Assembly (NCBI GenBank): GCA_035637115.1
Contig: DASPXV010000059.1
Location: 24,242-88,241, forward strand
Reading direction: 5' to 3'
Origin: Vicinamibacterales bacterium
GTDB taxonomy: Bacteria; Acidobacteriota; Vicinamibacteria; Vicinamibacterales; 2-12-FULL-66-21
DNA: 64,000 nt
This document shows positions 28,051-38,000 of this stretch, piece by piece. The notes beneath the pieces are model-generated. The model saw nothing but the letters and a program-made list of their open reading frames with translations. It searched no databases and had not been told where the DNA came from. The position numbers and the translations under genes were made by a program. Numbering within the stretch: the first letter of the stretch is position 1; each line of letters starts with the position of its first letter.

Positions 28051-28381
28051 GGGGAAATTCTATTCTCAACTCCGATTTCACGTCTTTCACGCCCTTCACC
28101 CGCCGGGCCGCGGCGATGGCCTGATCGACGTCCGATTGCGATTTGACCGTGCCCGAAAGCGTAACGACGCCCTGGAATGTCTTCGCGTCGATGCGGAATG
28201 GAGCGACTTGCGGATCGTTGAGAAGCGCGATCTTCACCCGCGTCGAGATCGACGCGTCGTCATGCGTCGCGCTCGTCGTCGCGCCGCATGCGGTGAGGAG
28301 GAGGAGGAGCAACAACACTTCCGCCTGAAGGCGGAAGCTACAAGAACCCTTTTCACATACCCGTCGCATGGTAGCCACCAT
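27989..28381 (-). CDS. BON-domain lipoprotein
   Basis: The lipobox is LLLLLLLTAC. It is followed by ...VKIALLNDPQVAPFRIDAKTFQGVVTLSGTVKSQSDVDQAIAAARRVKGVKDV... Confidence 0.7.
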   Translation of the reverse strand: MVATMRRVCEKGSCSFRLQAEVLLLLLLLTACGATTSATHDDASISTRVKIALLNDPQVAPFRIDAKTFQGVVTLSGTVKSQSDVDQAIAAARRVKGVKDVKSELRIEFPRAPAVEFGRDTDDPRDSSGA

Positions 28382-29126
28382 CTACCATCAGTACTTCCGC
28401 GGTGACCGCGCGGCCCGCATTGCTCAGGAGGAAGATCGCCGCGTCCGCGACTTCAGATGTATCGATGGTTCGGCGCAGCGGTGCGCGGTCGCGGTACACC
28501 TGGAGGATGCTCGAAAAACCGGAGACCCCGGCGGCCGCGAGCGTCTTGATAGGACCGGCAGAGATCGCGTTCACGCGGATGTTCTTCGGCCCGAGATCCG
28601 CGGCGAGGTAGCGCACCGTGGATTCGAGCGCGGCCTTCGCGACGCCCATGACGTTGTAGTTCTGGAAGACGCGCTCGCTGCCGAGATAGGTGAGCGTCAC
28701 GATGCTGCCGCCCCCCTTTTTCTCCAGGAGAGGCAGCGCGCCGCGCGAGAGCGCGATCAACGAGTAGGCGCTGACGTCGAGCGCGAGCTTGAAACCGTCC
28801 CGAGTCGTCTGCACGAATGGATTCGACAGCTCCCCGGGCGGCGCGAATGCCGCACCGTGCACGACGAAGTCGAGCCCGCCGAAGGTTCGATCGATTTCCT
28901 GGAAGACGTTGGCGATCTGCTCGTCGCTGGTCACGTCGAGCGGGAGGACGAGTGGATCCGACAGGCCCGCGGCGAGGTCGCGGACGTTTTCTTCGAGCCG
29001 CTGCCCCTGGAATGTCACCGCGACGCGCGCGCCGGCGTTGGAGGCGGCCTGCGCGATCGCCCAGGCAATTGAACGTTTGTTGGCGACGCCAACGATGAGG
29101 CCGGTCTTGCCGGAAAGGTCCGCCAT
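28353..29126 (-). CDS. fabI: Enoyl-ACP reductase FabI
   Basis: MADLSGKTGLIVGVANKRSIAWAIA...YNVMGVAKAALE...RVNAISAGPIKT... The Ala-rich upstream extension in the track is rejected. Confidence 0.9.
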   Translation of the reverse strand: MADLSGKTGLIVGVANKRSIAWAIAQAASNAGARVAVTFQGQRLEENVRDLAAGLSDPLVLPLDVTSDEQIANVFQEIDRTFGGLDFVVHGAAFAPPGELSNPFVQTTRDGFKLALDVSAYSLIALSRGALPLLEKKGGGSIVTLTYLGSERVFQNYNVMGVAKAALESTVRYLAADLGPKNIRVNAISAGPIKTLAAAGVSGFSSILQVYRDRAPLRRTIDTSEVADAAIFLLSNAGRAVTAEVLMVDGGYHATGM

Positions 29127-29136
29127 GGACCCCAGT

Positions 29137-29841
29137 CTACCGCGAACGTTTTCTGGGTCCGCCCTGCCGATGCTGGTTGCCGCCGCCGGGACCGCGGCCA
29201 AAGCCCTGGCCCGGGCCGCGCCCGCCGCCGCGATTGGGGCCGCGGCCAAACCGATGTCCGCCGGATCCATTTCCGGTGCCGGTGCCACCGCCGCTGCCGC
29301 CATGGCCGCGGCCACGGAAGCCGCCGCCGGGACGGCCGCTGTTCTGACGGATGGTGAATTCCGGCGCGGGCCGTTCGATCTTGAGGCCTTCCGGACGCGG
29401 CAGCTGCGCGCGAATCAGCGGACGATGCACCGGGCCCTCATCGGGCGGAAGCATCTGCATCTGGCCATCCTGAGAATCGTCCTGCGAGTCGTCCAATGAA
29501 TCGTCCTGCGGCTCTTCAGCCTCGCGGCCGTCAGCCGTGTTGAGAGAAACGTCTTCGTCTTCTGGACTGTCTGCCATCTCGACCTCGTCGAGTACGGGGA
29601 CACGCGCGGCCGGATCTTCGATCCCAGCGAGCACTTCCTTGTAGAGCGCGCCCGTCGTGTCCGCCTTCTTCCGGCGCGGCGCCTTGCCGCCCTTGTAGAC
29701 GTGCTCGGCGTCGCACGTCGTGCATCGTGTCTGTTTCACGTCTTCTTCGATCATCGCGACGACGGCGTGATTGGTCACCCGCCGCTCGCGCGGACAGTAG
29801 TCGTCCAGAATGTCACCGAGACGCAGCCGGCGCTGCTCCAT
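29137..29841 (-). CDS. Zinc-ribbon-like protein with an acidic linker and an RGG-rich C-terminal tail
   Basis: ...DDYCPRE...RCTTCDAEH... gives a CxxE...CxxC pattern. An acidic DDSLDDSQDDSQDG segment follows, then ...GGGFRGRGHGGSGGG...GRGPNRGGGRGPGQGFGRGPGGG... Confidence 0.5.
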   Translation of the reverse strand: MEQRRLRLGDILDDYCPRERRVTNHAVVAMIEEDVKQTRCTTCDAEHVYKGGKAPRRKKADTTGALYKEVLAGIEDPAARVPVLDEVEMADSPEDEDVSLNTADGREAEEPQDDSLDDSQDDSQDGQMQMLPPDEGPVHRPLIRAQLPRPEGLKIERPAPEFTIRQNSGRPGGGFRGRGHGGSGGGTGTGNGSGGHRFGRGPNRGGGRGPGQGFGRGPGGGNQHRQGGPRKRSR

Positions 29842-29956
29842 TACTTACTTCCCCCGAAATTGTCCTGAAGATGGGCTGGGATAGACGCGTTGCAGGTACT
29901 TCAGTCTAACAGAACGCGTGCCAAAAGCGCAACCCTGGTGGCCGCAACCCCTGCTT

Positions 29957-31264
29957 TTACTTATGCTTGCGGTCGATCCAGGCCAGCGCCCGCTCGAGCG
30001 TCGCGTCGTGCCCGGACAGCAGCGACTCGCGCGTGAGATCCACGGGTTCGTCGGGAATCACGCCGCGACCTTCGATCCGGACGCCGGTACCAGTAACGAA
30101 ATCCCCCCACGCATGGATCAATACATCGCCGTTCGGCAGGCGATCGAACAGCGCTGGAAGCGCCTGCCCCATCGACGTCTGCCCGAACACTCGCGCGCGG
30201 CCGATCGACTGCATCCCGCCGCTGAAACATTCGGAGGCGCTGCCCGTCAGGCCGTCCACGAGGATCGCGACCGGCCCGTCGTACGGCTCGACGCGCTCGC
30301 CCGCCGCGCTCACGAGCCGCGGGTTGGCGTTGAAGCGCAGCGGCTGCGACTGCTTCGTCGTCATCACGCCGAGCGTCGCGCGCTCCGGAAAGAAATGTCC
30401 CGCGAGTCCCATGATCATCGCGGCCAGTCCGCCGGGATTCCCGCGTAGATCGATCACGATGCCGTCGGCGCCGCGAAACCGATCCATCGCCGCCTGGAAT
30501 TCGCGATCCACCGCGGCCATCCAGACGTTGAATCCGATGACGCCCGCCTTATGTCCGCCCGGAGTTTGCGTCAGCGATGACGACACTCTGACGAACATCG
30601 TCGGCAGGCTGCCGACGGTCACCGGCTCGCCGCGCTCGAACTTGCGCTCGATCGTCTTCTTCACGCTCGCGCCGGATCCGTCGATGAACGTGATCTCCAC
30701 CGGCGAGTTCGACGGCCCGCGAAGCCGCAACAAGGCCAGGCGCCACGCCTGCAGCTGCGCGAGCCGCGGAGGCGTCGATTCGGGGATCGTCTCGAGGAAC
30801 GAAGAGACGGCCGTCGCGTCAATGCGATCCACGATCCAGCCCGGCTTCACGCCCGCGGCGGCCGCACCACCTTGAGGATCGACGCTCGTCACCACGAGCG
30901 TCCGTCCGAGAAGGCGGACGTCAAGGCCTGGCTGACCTCCGAGATCCACGTGGTGCGACGGATTGTCGGGCGTCGCTGGAATGACGGCGAAATGCGACAG
31001 GCCGAGGCGTCCGAGCATGTCGGCCAGAACCCCGCGAAGATCGCCGGGTGTCTTTGCCTCTACAGCCTTGGGACGCAGTTCGGCGTTGATGCGATCCCAG
31101 TTCGCGCGATCGAACGCGGGATCGAAGTGGCTGTCGCGCACGATCGTCCAGACCGCATCGAACGTTTCCGCCGCTTTGTAGGTCTCGGCTGCATGGCCGC
31201 GGACCGCCGTGAAGAACAAGACCGCGAGCAGCCCGGCCGCCGAGACCGAATGCCGCAATCTCAC
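29957..31264 (-). CDS. S41-family (tail-specific-like) peptidase
   Basis: A signal peptide is followed by ...IVIDLRGNPGGLAAM... and ...AILVDGLTGSASECF... Confidence 0.8.
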   Translation of the reverse strand: MRLRHSVSAAGLLAVLFFTAVRGHAAETYKAAETFDAVWTIVRDSHFDPAFDRANWDRINAELRPKAVEAKTPGDLRGVLADMLGRLGLSHFAVIPATPDNPSHHVDLGGQPGLDVRLLGRTLVVTSVDPQGGAAAAGVKPGWIVDRIDATAVSSFLETIPESTPPRLAQLQAWRLALLRLRGPSNSPVEITFIDGSGASVKKTIERKFERGEPVTVGSLPTMFVRVSSSLTQTPGGHKAGVIGFNVWMAAVDREFQAAMDRFRGADGIVIDLRGNPGGLAAMIMGLAGHFFPERATLGVMTTKQSQPLRFNANPRLVSAAGERVEPYDGPVAILVDGLTGSASECFSGGMQSIGRARVFGQTSMGQALPALFDRLPNGDVLIHAWGDFVTGTGVRIEGRGVIPDEPVDLTRESLLSGHDATLERALAWIDRKHK

Positions 31265-32025
31265 CTGATAAGCGCCTTGATTGCCGCCGGCGGTTCGAAC
31301 ACCGACGGATCGACCTTGTCGAACTCGACCGAGATCAGCGTGATCATCTGCTCGACGCCCATGATTTTCTGGGTGACGATCGTCGCCTGCATCAGGTCGC
31401 CGAATTTCTTGTATGCACCGTCAATGCTGGTCATCGTCATGGTGCCCATCGGAGACTCGCGGGTGTTGATCCCGCCCGCGCGAAGTCCCGTCGTCGCATC
31501 GTAGAAGTCGAAGTCCTCGACGCCGTCGATGCGCGACAGCGCGACCTTGTAGCACGGACGGCCGTCGAACGTCGTTTTCTCGACGGTCTTCACCGTCGGA
31601 TATTTCTTCGGGTCGCGCAGCTCGCTGTAGAAGTCCGCGTCGAGCTTCGTCTGCGTGAGCTCCTTGCCGACCTTGAGCATCGGTCCGGTCATCGGGGACA
31701 CGGACCAGGCATGCGAGCCATCGAAGCCCTCCATGATGTCGCCGATTCCCTGTACGGACGTCTTCACGATCACGCGGTCGGGCCCGGTGGCGCCGAACAT
31801 CTCGATTGGGCCGGAGAGGCCGGATGCAGGCACGGAGAGCGTGCCGGCAGCGTGCATCGACTTGTGCGCGAGCACAACCTCACGGCCGCCGATCGCCTTG
31901 ATGTGGCGATTGATGATCTCGCGCGCATCCGGCAGCGTCTCTGCTGCTGTCTGCGACGTGGCCGGGGCTTGCGCATAAAACGGCGCGAACAGCAGCGCCG
32001 CAGACGCGACGACTCTTAAGAACAT
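31261..32025 (-). CDS. Secreted hypothetical protein (possibly LolA-fold-like)
   Basis: The signal peptide is MFLRVVASAALLFAPFYAQA. There is an ATGA-type overlap with the S41 gene. I cannot confirm a family. Confidence 0.45.
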   Translation of the reverse strand: MFLRVVASAALLFAPFYAQAPATSQTAAETLPDAREIINRHIKAIGGREVVLAHKSMHAAGTLSVPASGLSGPIEMFGATGPDRVIVKTSVQGIGDIMEGFDGSHAWSVSPMTGPMLKVGKELTQTKLDADFYSELRDPKKYPTVKTVEKTTFDGRPCYKVALSRIDGVEDFDFYDATTGLRAGGINTRESPMGTMTMTSIDGAYKKFGDLMQATIVTQKIMGVEQMITLISVEFDKVDPSVFEPPAAIKALIR

Positions 32026-32106
32026 GCAGGAACTCCTGAACGGGCGGGAAGCTCACTAAGTTTAGCTCAATTCCGCAAACGGAGGGTCGGCTCTCCGGAC
32101 CCTTGT

Positions 32107-32340
32107 TCAGGATGTAGGCTCTGCTTTGGTTATGTGAGTGACAACGCCGACGACATAGTGCAGATCGACGAGGTCACCGCTGTCCAGTCCACGCGGGATG
32201 GACTCTTTGCCAACGCGGGCGATGCGAACCTGCCCCTGCGGGTCGTCCGGCTCGGTGTAATAAACGTCGAGTGACACCTGGCCGTGAATGCTGACCGGCT
32301 GGATTTTCTTCACGACAGCCGGTTTCGAGCCCTTGAGCAT
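32107..32340 (-). CDS. Small hypothetical protein
   Basis: 77-aa ORF with native codon usage and no recognisable motif. Confidence 0.35.
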   Translation of the reverse strand: MLKGSKPAVVKKIQPVSIHGQVSLDVYYTEPDDPQGQVRIARVGKESIPRGLDSGDLVDLHYVVGVVTHITKAEPTS

Positions 32341-32365
32341 TTCGTCAGTATAGATCCGCGGCGGT

Positions 32366-33574
32366 TCACCGCTTCCTTCCCTTTACGAAGACATCGACGT
32401 TGTCGGGCCGCGGGTTCGAGAAGGACAAACGGATCCTGCCGTCCAGATCCTGGGAGATGACGGCAGGGATGGAGCTCGTCGTCAGGTACCACCCGGCGGG
32501 CAGGACCATATCATTGCGCGGGCGACCGAAGCTGCGATGCCACATGAGCTGTCCGTCGACGAGTGCGTAGCGCGTTGGATCGGTGTAGGTCTCGGAGATT
32601 CTGAGACGCACCGACGTGCCTTTCGCCACTGGCGTGAACGGGATGAGCACGAGTTGCGTGTCGGGATCGACGCGATCGGGGATGTCGATCTTCTCGCGCG
32701 CAACGTCCGCGCCCGTCAAGACGCGCGTCTTCAGGACTTCGCCGGTATCGAGGATTCTGGCCGACGGCTCCGAGACGGTGCTGCCGGTGCGCACGACATT
32801 GACGTACTGATGCTCCCCCTCGCGGGACGCTGTGTAGTCGTGGTACAGCGAGAAGGCGTGCGTCTCGGGCTCCTTCAGGAAATAGACGATCTCTCGATCC
32901 TGGAGCGCGCGTTCGGTGACGCGGATCAGGTTCATCGCCTGCTCGCGCGACGGCGCGTCCGCCATCGGCGGAGTCGGTGCGGCCGCCGGCGGGGCCGCGG
33001 AAGACGTGGGCCGCGCTGCAACAGGACGTGCCTTGATGACGAGTGGCGCCTCGACGGGGTACAGGTTCATGAAGCTTGCGGCGATCCGGCCGTCCGCTTC
33101 TTCGATCACTTGCACCGGGACATTCGCCGCCACAAGCTCGTAGTTGCCGGGAAGCACGACGGCGTTCCGTTTCACGTCCACGGTCCGCTTGAACACCAGC
33201 GTGTCCCCGTCGCGTGAATAAGACTTCGGGTCTTTGAAGGTCTCAACGATCCGCAGACGCGTCTCGCCCCCTTCGGGCACCGGCCGCGCAAGGTCGATGC
33301 GGATGCTGTTCGATGCGATCGCGAACTTGAGCGGGCGACCGGTCAAGATGTCGATCACCGACACATCACTCGGTCGGTCTTCGCCGGCGATCGCGACAGC
33401 AAACGATTTGGCGCCAACCGTCCCCGCCGTCACGTCGTACGTCAAGCGATAGCCCGCCGTCTCCGGCGCGAGCAACTCGTAGCGCGCGTACTCGTCTTCA
33501 CCGTGGGTCTGCGCAAAAGAGGACGCGGCCGAGAACATAAACCAAACGGCGAGCACCGGTTTCATAGTGAACAT
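32366..33574 (-). CDS. Secreted hypothetical protein with an internal two-domain duplication
   Basis: The signal peptide is MFTMKPVLAVWFMFSAASSFAQT. The two halves share ...RLRI(V/S)ET(F/Y)(K/T)DP..Y...VLP(G/A).(Y/W)...DGRI..SF.N... Confidence 0.55.
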   Translation of the reverse strand: MFTMKPVLAVWFMFSAASSFAQTHGEDEYARYELLAPETAGYRLTYDVTAGTVGAKSFAVAIAGEDRPSDVSVIDILTGRPLKFAIASNSIRIDLARPVPEGGETRLRIVETFKDPKSYSRDGDTLVFKRTVDVKRNAVVLPGNYELVAANVPVQVIEEADGRIAASFMNLYPVEAPLVIKARPVAARPTSSAAPPAAAPTPPMADAPSREQAMNLIRVTERALQDREIVYFLKEPETHAFSLYHDYTASREGEHQYVNVVRTGSTVSEPSARILDTGEVLKTRVLTGADVAREKIDIPDRVDPDTQLVLIPFTPVAKGTSVRLRISETYTDPTRYALVDGQLMWHRSFGRPRNDMVLPAGWYLTTSSIPAVISQDLDGRIRLSFSNPRPDNVDVFVKGRKR

Positions 33575-33582
33575 ACGTTTAG

Positions 33583-33825
33583 CACAGAGACGCACAGAGC
33601 GTACTTCGGGCTGTGGCACCGCCGGGGCCGGCCGTCGGAAGGCGAGGGTACTCACGGATCCAAGGGCCACAGGATCGACGGGCGCTTGGATCCGTGAGTA
33701 CCCTCGCCTTCCCGCCGCGCGAAGCGCGGCCCGGCGGTCGATACGCGCAACTAAGGTCCGCGACGAGGTTTTCGTCGGTGTAATCCGCGTGGTCCGTGGC
33801 TAATTTCGCTCTCTGCGTCTCTGTG
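33583..33825. repeat. Nested palindromic intergenic element (MITE-like or structured RNA)
   Basis: The outer 19-bp inverted repeat (33583..33601 and 33807..33825) matches at 18 of 19 positions. The inner inverted repeat is a perfect 28 bp (33637..33664 and 33685..33712) with a 20-nt loop. There are two further small hairpins. Confidence 0.8.
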
Positions 33826-33865
33826 ACCTCCGCGCCTCCGTGGTTAACGTCCTCCGCGTCCTCCC

Positions 33866-35089
33866 TCAACTCAGCGCCCTCCCCTTCGTCTCAGGTATCC
33901 AGATCCAGAACATCGCGGCGAGCAGGAACGCGGCGGAGCAGACGAGCAGCGCCTGGCCGAAGCCGCGCGTATCGGCGAGGGTGCCGACGAGATACGGCGC
34001 GGCGGCGCTCGCGAGGCGGCCGATGTTGTACGTGAAGCCCTGCGCCGTTGCGCGCACGGCGGTCGGATAGATCTCCGCCGTCACGGCGCCGAAGCCGCTG
34101 AAATATCCGGTCGCGGCGAAAGCGACGCACGGGCCGAGCACGAGCAGCAGCATCGGGTTCCTCACGGTGACGTAAATCGCGAGGAGTACCGCCGCCGCGA
34201 GCAGGTAGCTGACATACGCCGCCTTGCGGCCGATGCGATCGCTGATGAATCCAAACGTCACATATCCGACCCACATGCCTGCCTGCATCACGAACAAATA
34301 GCTGGTGGTCGTGGCGCCGCTGAGTCCCGCACCTCCCTGCGCTGGCGAGGACTTCAGATAGCTCGGGAGCCACAGATTGAAGCCCCACCACGCGAACAGC
34401 GTGCAGGTGTTCATCAGCGTGAGGATCACGGTGAGCCGCCCGATCCCGCTGCGGAAAATCGTCAGGAAACCGGCGGACCCGGCACGCGACTTCGCCGACA
34501 TGGTCCAGATGGCCGGTTCCTTTACTCGGCGCTGGACCCACAACGTGAAGAACGCCGGCAGAATGCCGACGAAGAACACGGCGCGCCAGCCGAAGCGCGG
34601 CTGCACGAACCCGGCGACGAGCACGGCGGCGGCATAGCCAATCGCCCAGCCGCTCTGCATGAAGCCGAGCGCGCGGCCGCGGCTCGAGGCAGGCCACGAC
34701 TCGGACACGAGTGCCGCGCCGCTCGACCACACGCCGCCCATTCCGAATCCGAGGAAGATGCGGAGCACGACGAACTGCGCGAGCGTGTTCGCGAAGCCGC
34801 ACAGGAACGTGAAGACCGAGTACAACGCGACGCTGAGCATGAGCGCGCGCGTGCGGCCGAATCGATCCGCGATCCGGCCCGAAATCACGCCCCCGACCGC
34901 GGCGGCAACGAGCATGACGGATCCGAGGATGCCACCCTGCGCCTTGGTAAGCGCGAGATCTGCGCTGACGGCCGGCAACACGAGCGCGAACAACATCACA
35001 TCGAACGCGTCGAGCATCCAGCCGAACGTGCCGGCGGCGAGCCCGCGGTGCGCGTCACTGCCCGCTTCGCGCCACCAGCCCGGTGTCAT
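33866..35089 (-). CDS. MFS transporter
   Basis: 407 aa with roughly 12 hydrophobic helices and ...GRIADRFGRTRAL..., an MFS loop 2-3 motif. Confidence 0.85.
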   Translation of the reverse strand: MTPGWWREAGSDAHRGLAAGTFGWMLDAFDVMLFALVLPAVSADLALTKAQGGILGSVMLVAAAVGGVISGRIADRFGRTRALMLSVALYSVFTFLCGFANTLAQFVVLRIFLGFGMGGVWSSGAALVSESWPASSRGRALGFMQSGWAIGYAAAVLVAGFVQPRFGWRAVFFVGILPAFFTLWVQRRVKEPAIWTMSAKSRAGSAGFLTIFRSGIGRLTVILTLMNTCTLFAWWGFNLWLPSYLKSSPAQGGAGLSGATTTSYLFVMQAGMWVGYVTFGFISDRIGRKAAYVSYLLAAAVLLAIYVTVRNPMLLLVLGPCVAFAATGYFSGFGAVTAEIYPTAVRATAQGFTYNIGRLASAAAPYLVGTLADTRGFGQALLVCSAAFLLAAMFWIWIPETKGRALS

Positions 35090-38000
35090 CGCTGCGGCGA
35101 ACTCGGACTCGAGCTGATGGCCGTGCGCGCGCCCTTGCCGGGCTTCACCGGGCGCACGCGCAGCATCGTCAGCGACACGGCATCGCGCGTTCCAGGCTCC
35201 TCGATGCGCTCGATCGTGAATTGGCCGTCGCGGAGGTAGTTCACGTGCGCCATGAGAAACGAGAAACCGGCTCTTGAGACGAGATTGAGCCAGTCCCCTT
35301 GCGCCGTCTCGTCCGGCGCCTCGGTCATGCCGACGTTGAAGGTGACCTGCGGGTACTGGTTCATCGCCCTTCCGCCACCACTACCGCCGCCGCGCCCGCC
35401 GCTTCCCGGCGTCGGTATGCGCCGGCTGCCGCGCGGCTCGCCAGTCTCCGGGTCCGTGTAGTAAATCGCCGTGTCCTTGTAGATCTCCTGGCCGTAGACG
35501 CTCGGACTGAAGCCGTACGCCCACTTGCGGTAGCGCGCCTGGCTGCGCAGGTTCATGGCGCGCACGTCGGCGTTGCGGTTGATCTCTTTCACGATGTCTT
35601 CACGCAGCGCCTCCGTCGCCTGAATCAGATCCGGCTCGCGCGGATCGCGGACGCCCGACAGGTTCGTGTACCAGCCCCGCGTCGACCAGTAGGTGCGGAA
35701 GCCGGGCGGCACGTAGCCGGCGAACTGCTGCACCCACTCGTGCGACGGATAGCCGTGCGGATTCAGGTAAATGTCTGGCAGCCACTCACGCCAGACCTTT
35801 CCTCGAACCTGCGATTCAGGCAGCAGCGCGCTGTTGCTCTCGACATCCTGCCCGAGGGCGCTGTAACGGCCGGCGTGGAGCATGTGTGTCGGCGTCAGCT
35901 TCTGAAGGTCGTACGCCATCTGTGCGCCGTCGGGGTTTGTCATCGGGTGGAGGATGACGTTCACCTTCTTGAGGATTTCCTTGTACGAAGGATCGGTCAC
36001 CAGCAGCTCACCGAGCTTGAGGATGTGATTGGTGGACGACACTTCGTTTGCGTGCTGGCGGCCGCTGATGAAAATCGTCGGCTTCAGCGCCGAGTACTTC
36101 GCCACCGAAATCATTTCGCTCTGCGTCGGGAGCGTGACTTCGAGGATCGAGATGTCGCGGCCGCGGTACGAGTGCCCGACTTTGTAGGCCTTCACCTCAG
36201 GGAACGCGGCCAGTTTGCGGATCAGCGCCTCCGACTGGTCCGGATCGATGATTTGATCGAAGGGGACGAACGCGCCTTTTGGCCGCGCGTCCGCAGTGCG
36301 GACGTTGCTCGGCGCGAACTCGCCGGTGCTGGGCAGGAGGAGCCGTCCGCGCCCATCCTTCGTCGCAATGGCGACGGCTACGCGATCGACTCGCGCGTAG
36401 GAAAGCTCAGTCTTGTACAACCCCGCCTCGTGCAGGCGCGCGAAGTTGTCGAGCATGTCGGCGGCGCGCAGCGCCTCGCGATCGTCGCGAGGTTCGATCT
36501 GCAGCTCGATCTCGTTGACGCGATCCGAAGTGACGACAGTCCGCACGGCGAGCGGCCCCGTGCCTTCGATTCGCGCCAGGTCGCGCTGCACGCGTGTGGG
36601 ACGTTCCTGACCTTTTTCTTTGTATGAGATCTCGAGCCGCGCGCGCGGCGCCGCATTGCCGGCGTAGAGCACCCGCGCCGATCCCGGCTTGCCTTCACGC
36701 GAGGGATGAATGATCGGGAAGACCTTCCCCGGTGCGTTCAGCCGCGCGTTCGTCGCGCTCAGGCTGCGTCCGATGGCGACGAAAAAGTCCAGCGTGTCGA
36801 AATACAGATCTTCGTGCAGCGACTCGAGTGACGACACGAGCTCCTGGTCGATGCCAATGCTGAAGTCCGGCTCGCTCATCCAGACCTCGATGTCGAAGTC
36901 GCGGTGATACGGCTGCTTGTCGGCTGTCGGCCGATTACCGGTCGTCCGCATCACGTAGTCGTAGACCTTCGGCAGCTCCTTCTGCTGGTACACGTCCCAG
37001 AAGCGCTCCGGGTCCGTTGCGATCCGCTGGTCGATCGCGCTCGCGCCGTCGACTGTGGCGGCGATCCATCCAGTCGTCACCTTCACGCGCGTCCACCCGG
37101 GAAACTTCTCGAGATACTCACGCTCCACCCACTTGGGGCTGAACGCCGCCTTGTAAACGACTTGGCCGGACGCGTTCTGCGCTTCGAGCGAGTACGTGTC
37201 CTTCGCAGCGTCCACGAGCTCCATCTGGAACGCCGCCTTCGGCAGTCCGAGATCGCGCTCGAAGATTTCATCGGCGGGATAGAGCTCGTGCAGCCAGCGG
37301 CTCGGGACTTCGTGGAACCGATACTTCTTCGTGAGGTCGGGATTGTTCGTCGCGACCTTGATGTACACGGACTTGGCGCTCTTGCCCTTTAACTCGGGCA
37401 GCACCTGCTCGGTCAGCCAGAGGTAGCCCTGCTTGTAGGCGGAGAGCACCTTCACCGAGGGATCCTTCGCGCCCGCCTTGACGAGCTCCTCTCGCGCTTG
37501 CGCCGCAATCGATTTTCGCAGTGCTGGCGATTCGCTGAGGCGCGTCTCGAGCGTCACCGTGGAGCCGGCTTTCACCTTCGGCAGGACGTCACTCCTGAAC
37601 TTTGACCAGAAGTCGTCAACCTCCCACGGAATGTCGAACTTGTCGTCGAACACGGTAACCGGATCGGTGATCCCCTGGCTGTTCACGGTGACGGGCGTGT
37701 CCTTCAGAAACGGCGACGCTTTGGCGCGCGCGGCGAAGTACTTCTCGAACGCGGGATTCGCCGCTTCGAGGTAAACCTTCGCTTCGAACGATTCGATCGT
37801 CTTTCCGTCGAGCGTCTTGAGCACGTCGTCGAGCTCGCGGATCGCCAGGCTCGCCTGACCGCCGCCGGTTTTGAGCGCGAGGAAATCCCCCGCATGCTCC
37901 TTCACATCGTCCAGCGACACCGCGCCGCGTGCGGTGTCCCAGAGGTACGGCAGCCTTCGCGCCAGGTACCATGCGGCAGCGTTCGTGCCCGCCGGGTCGG

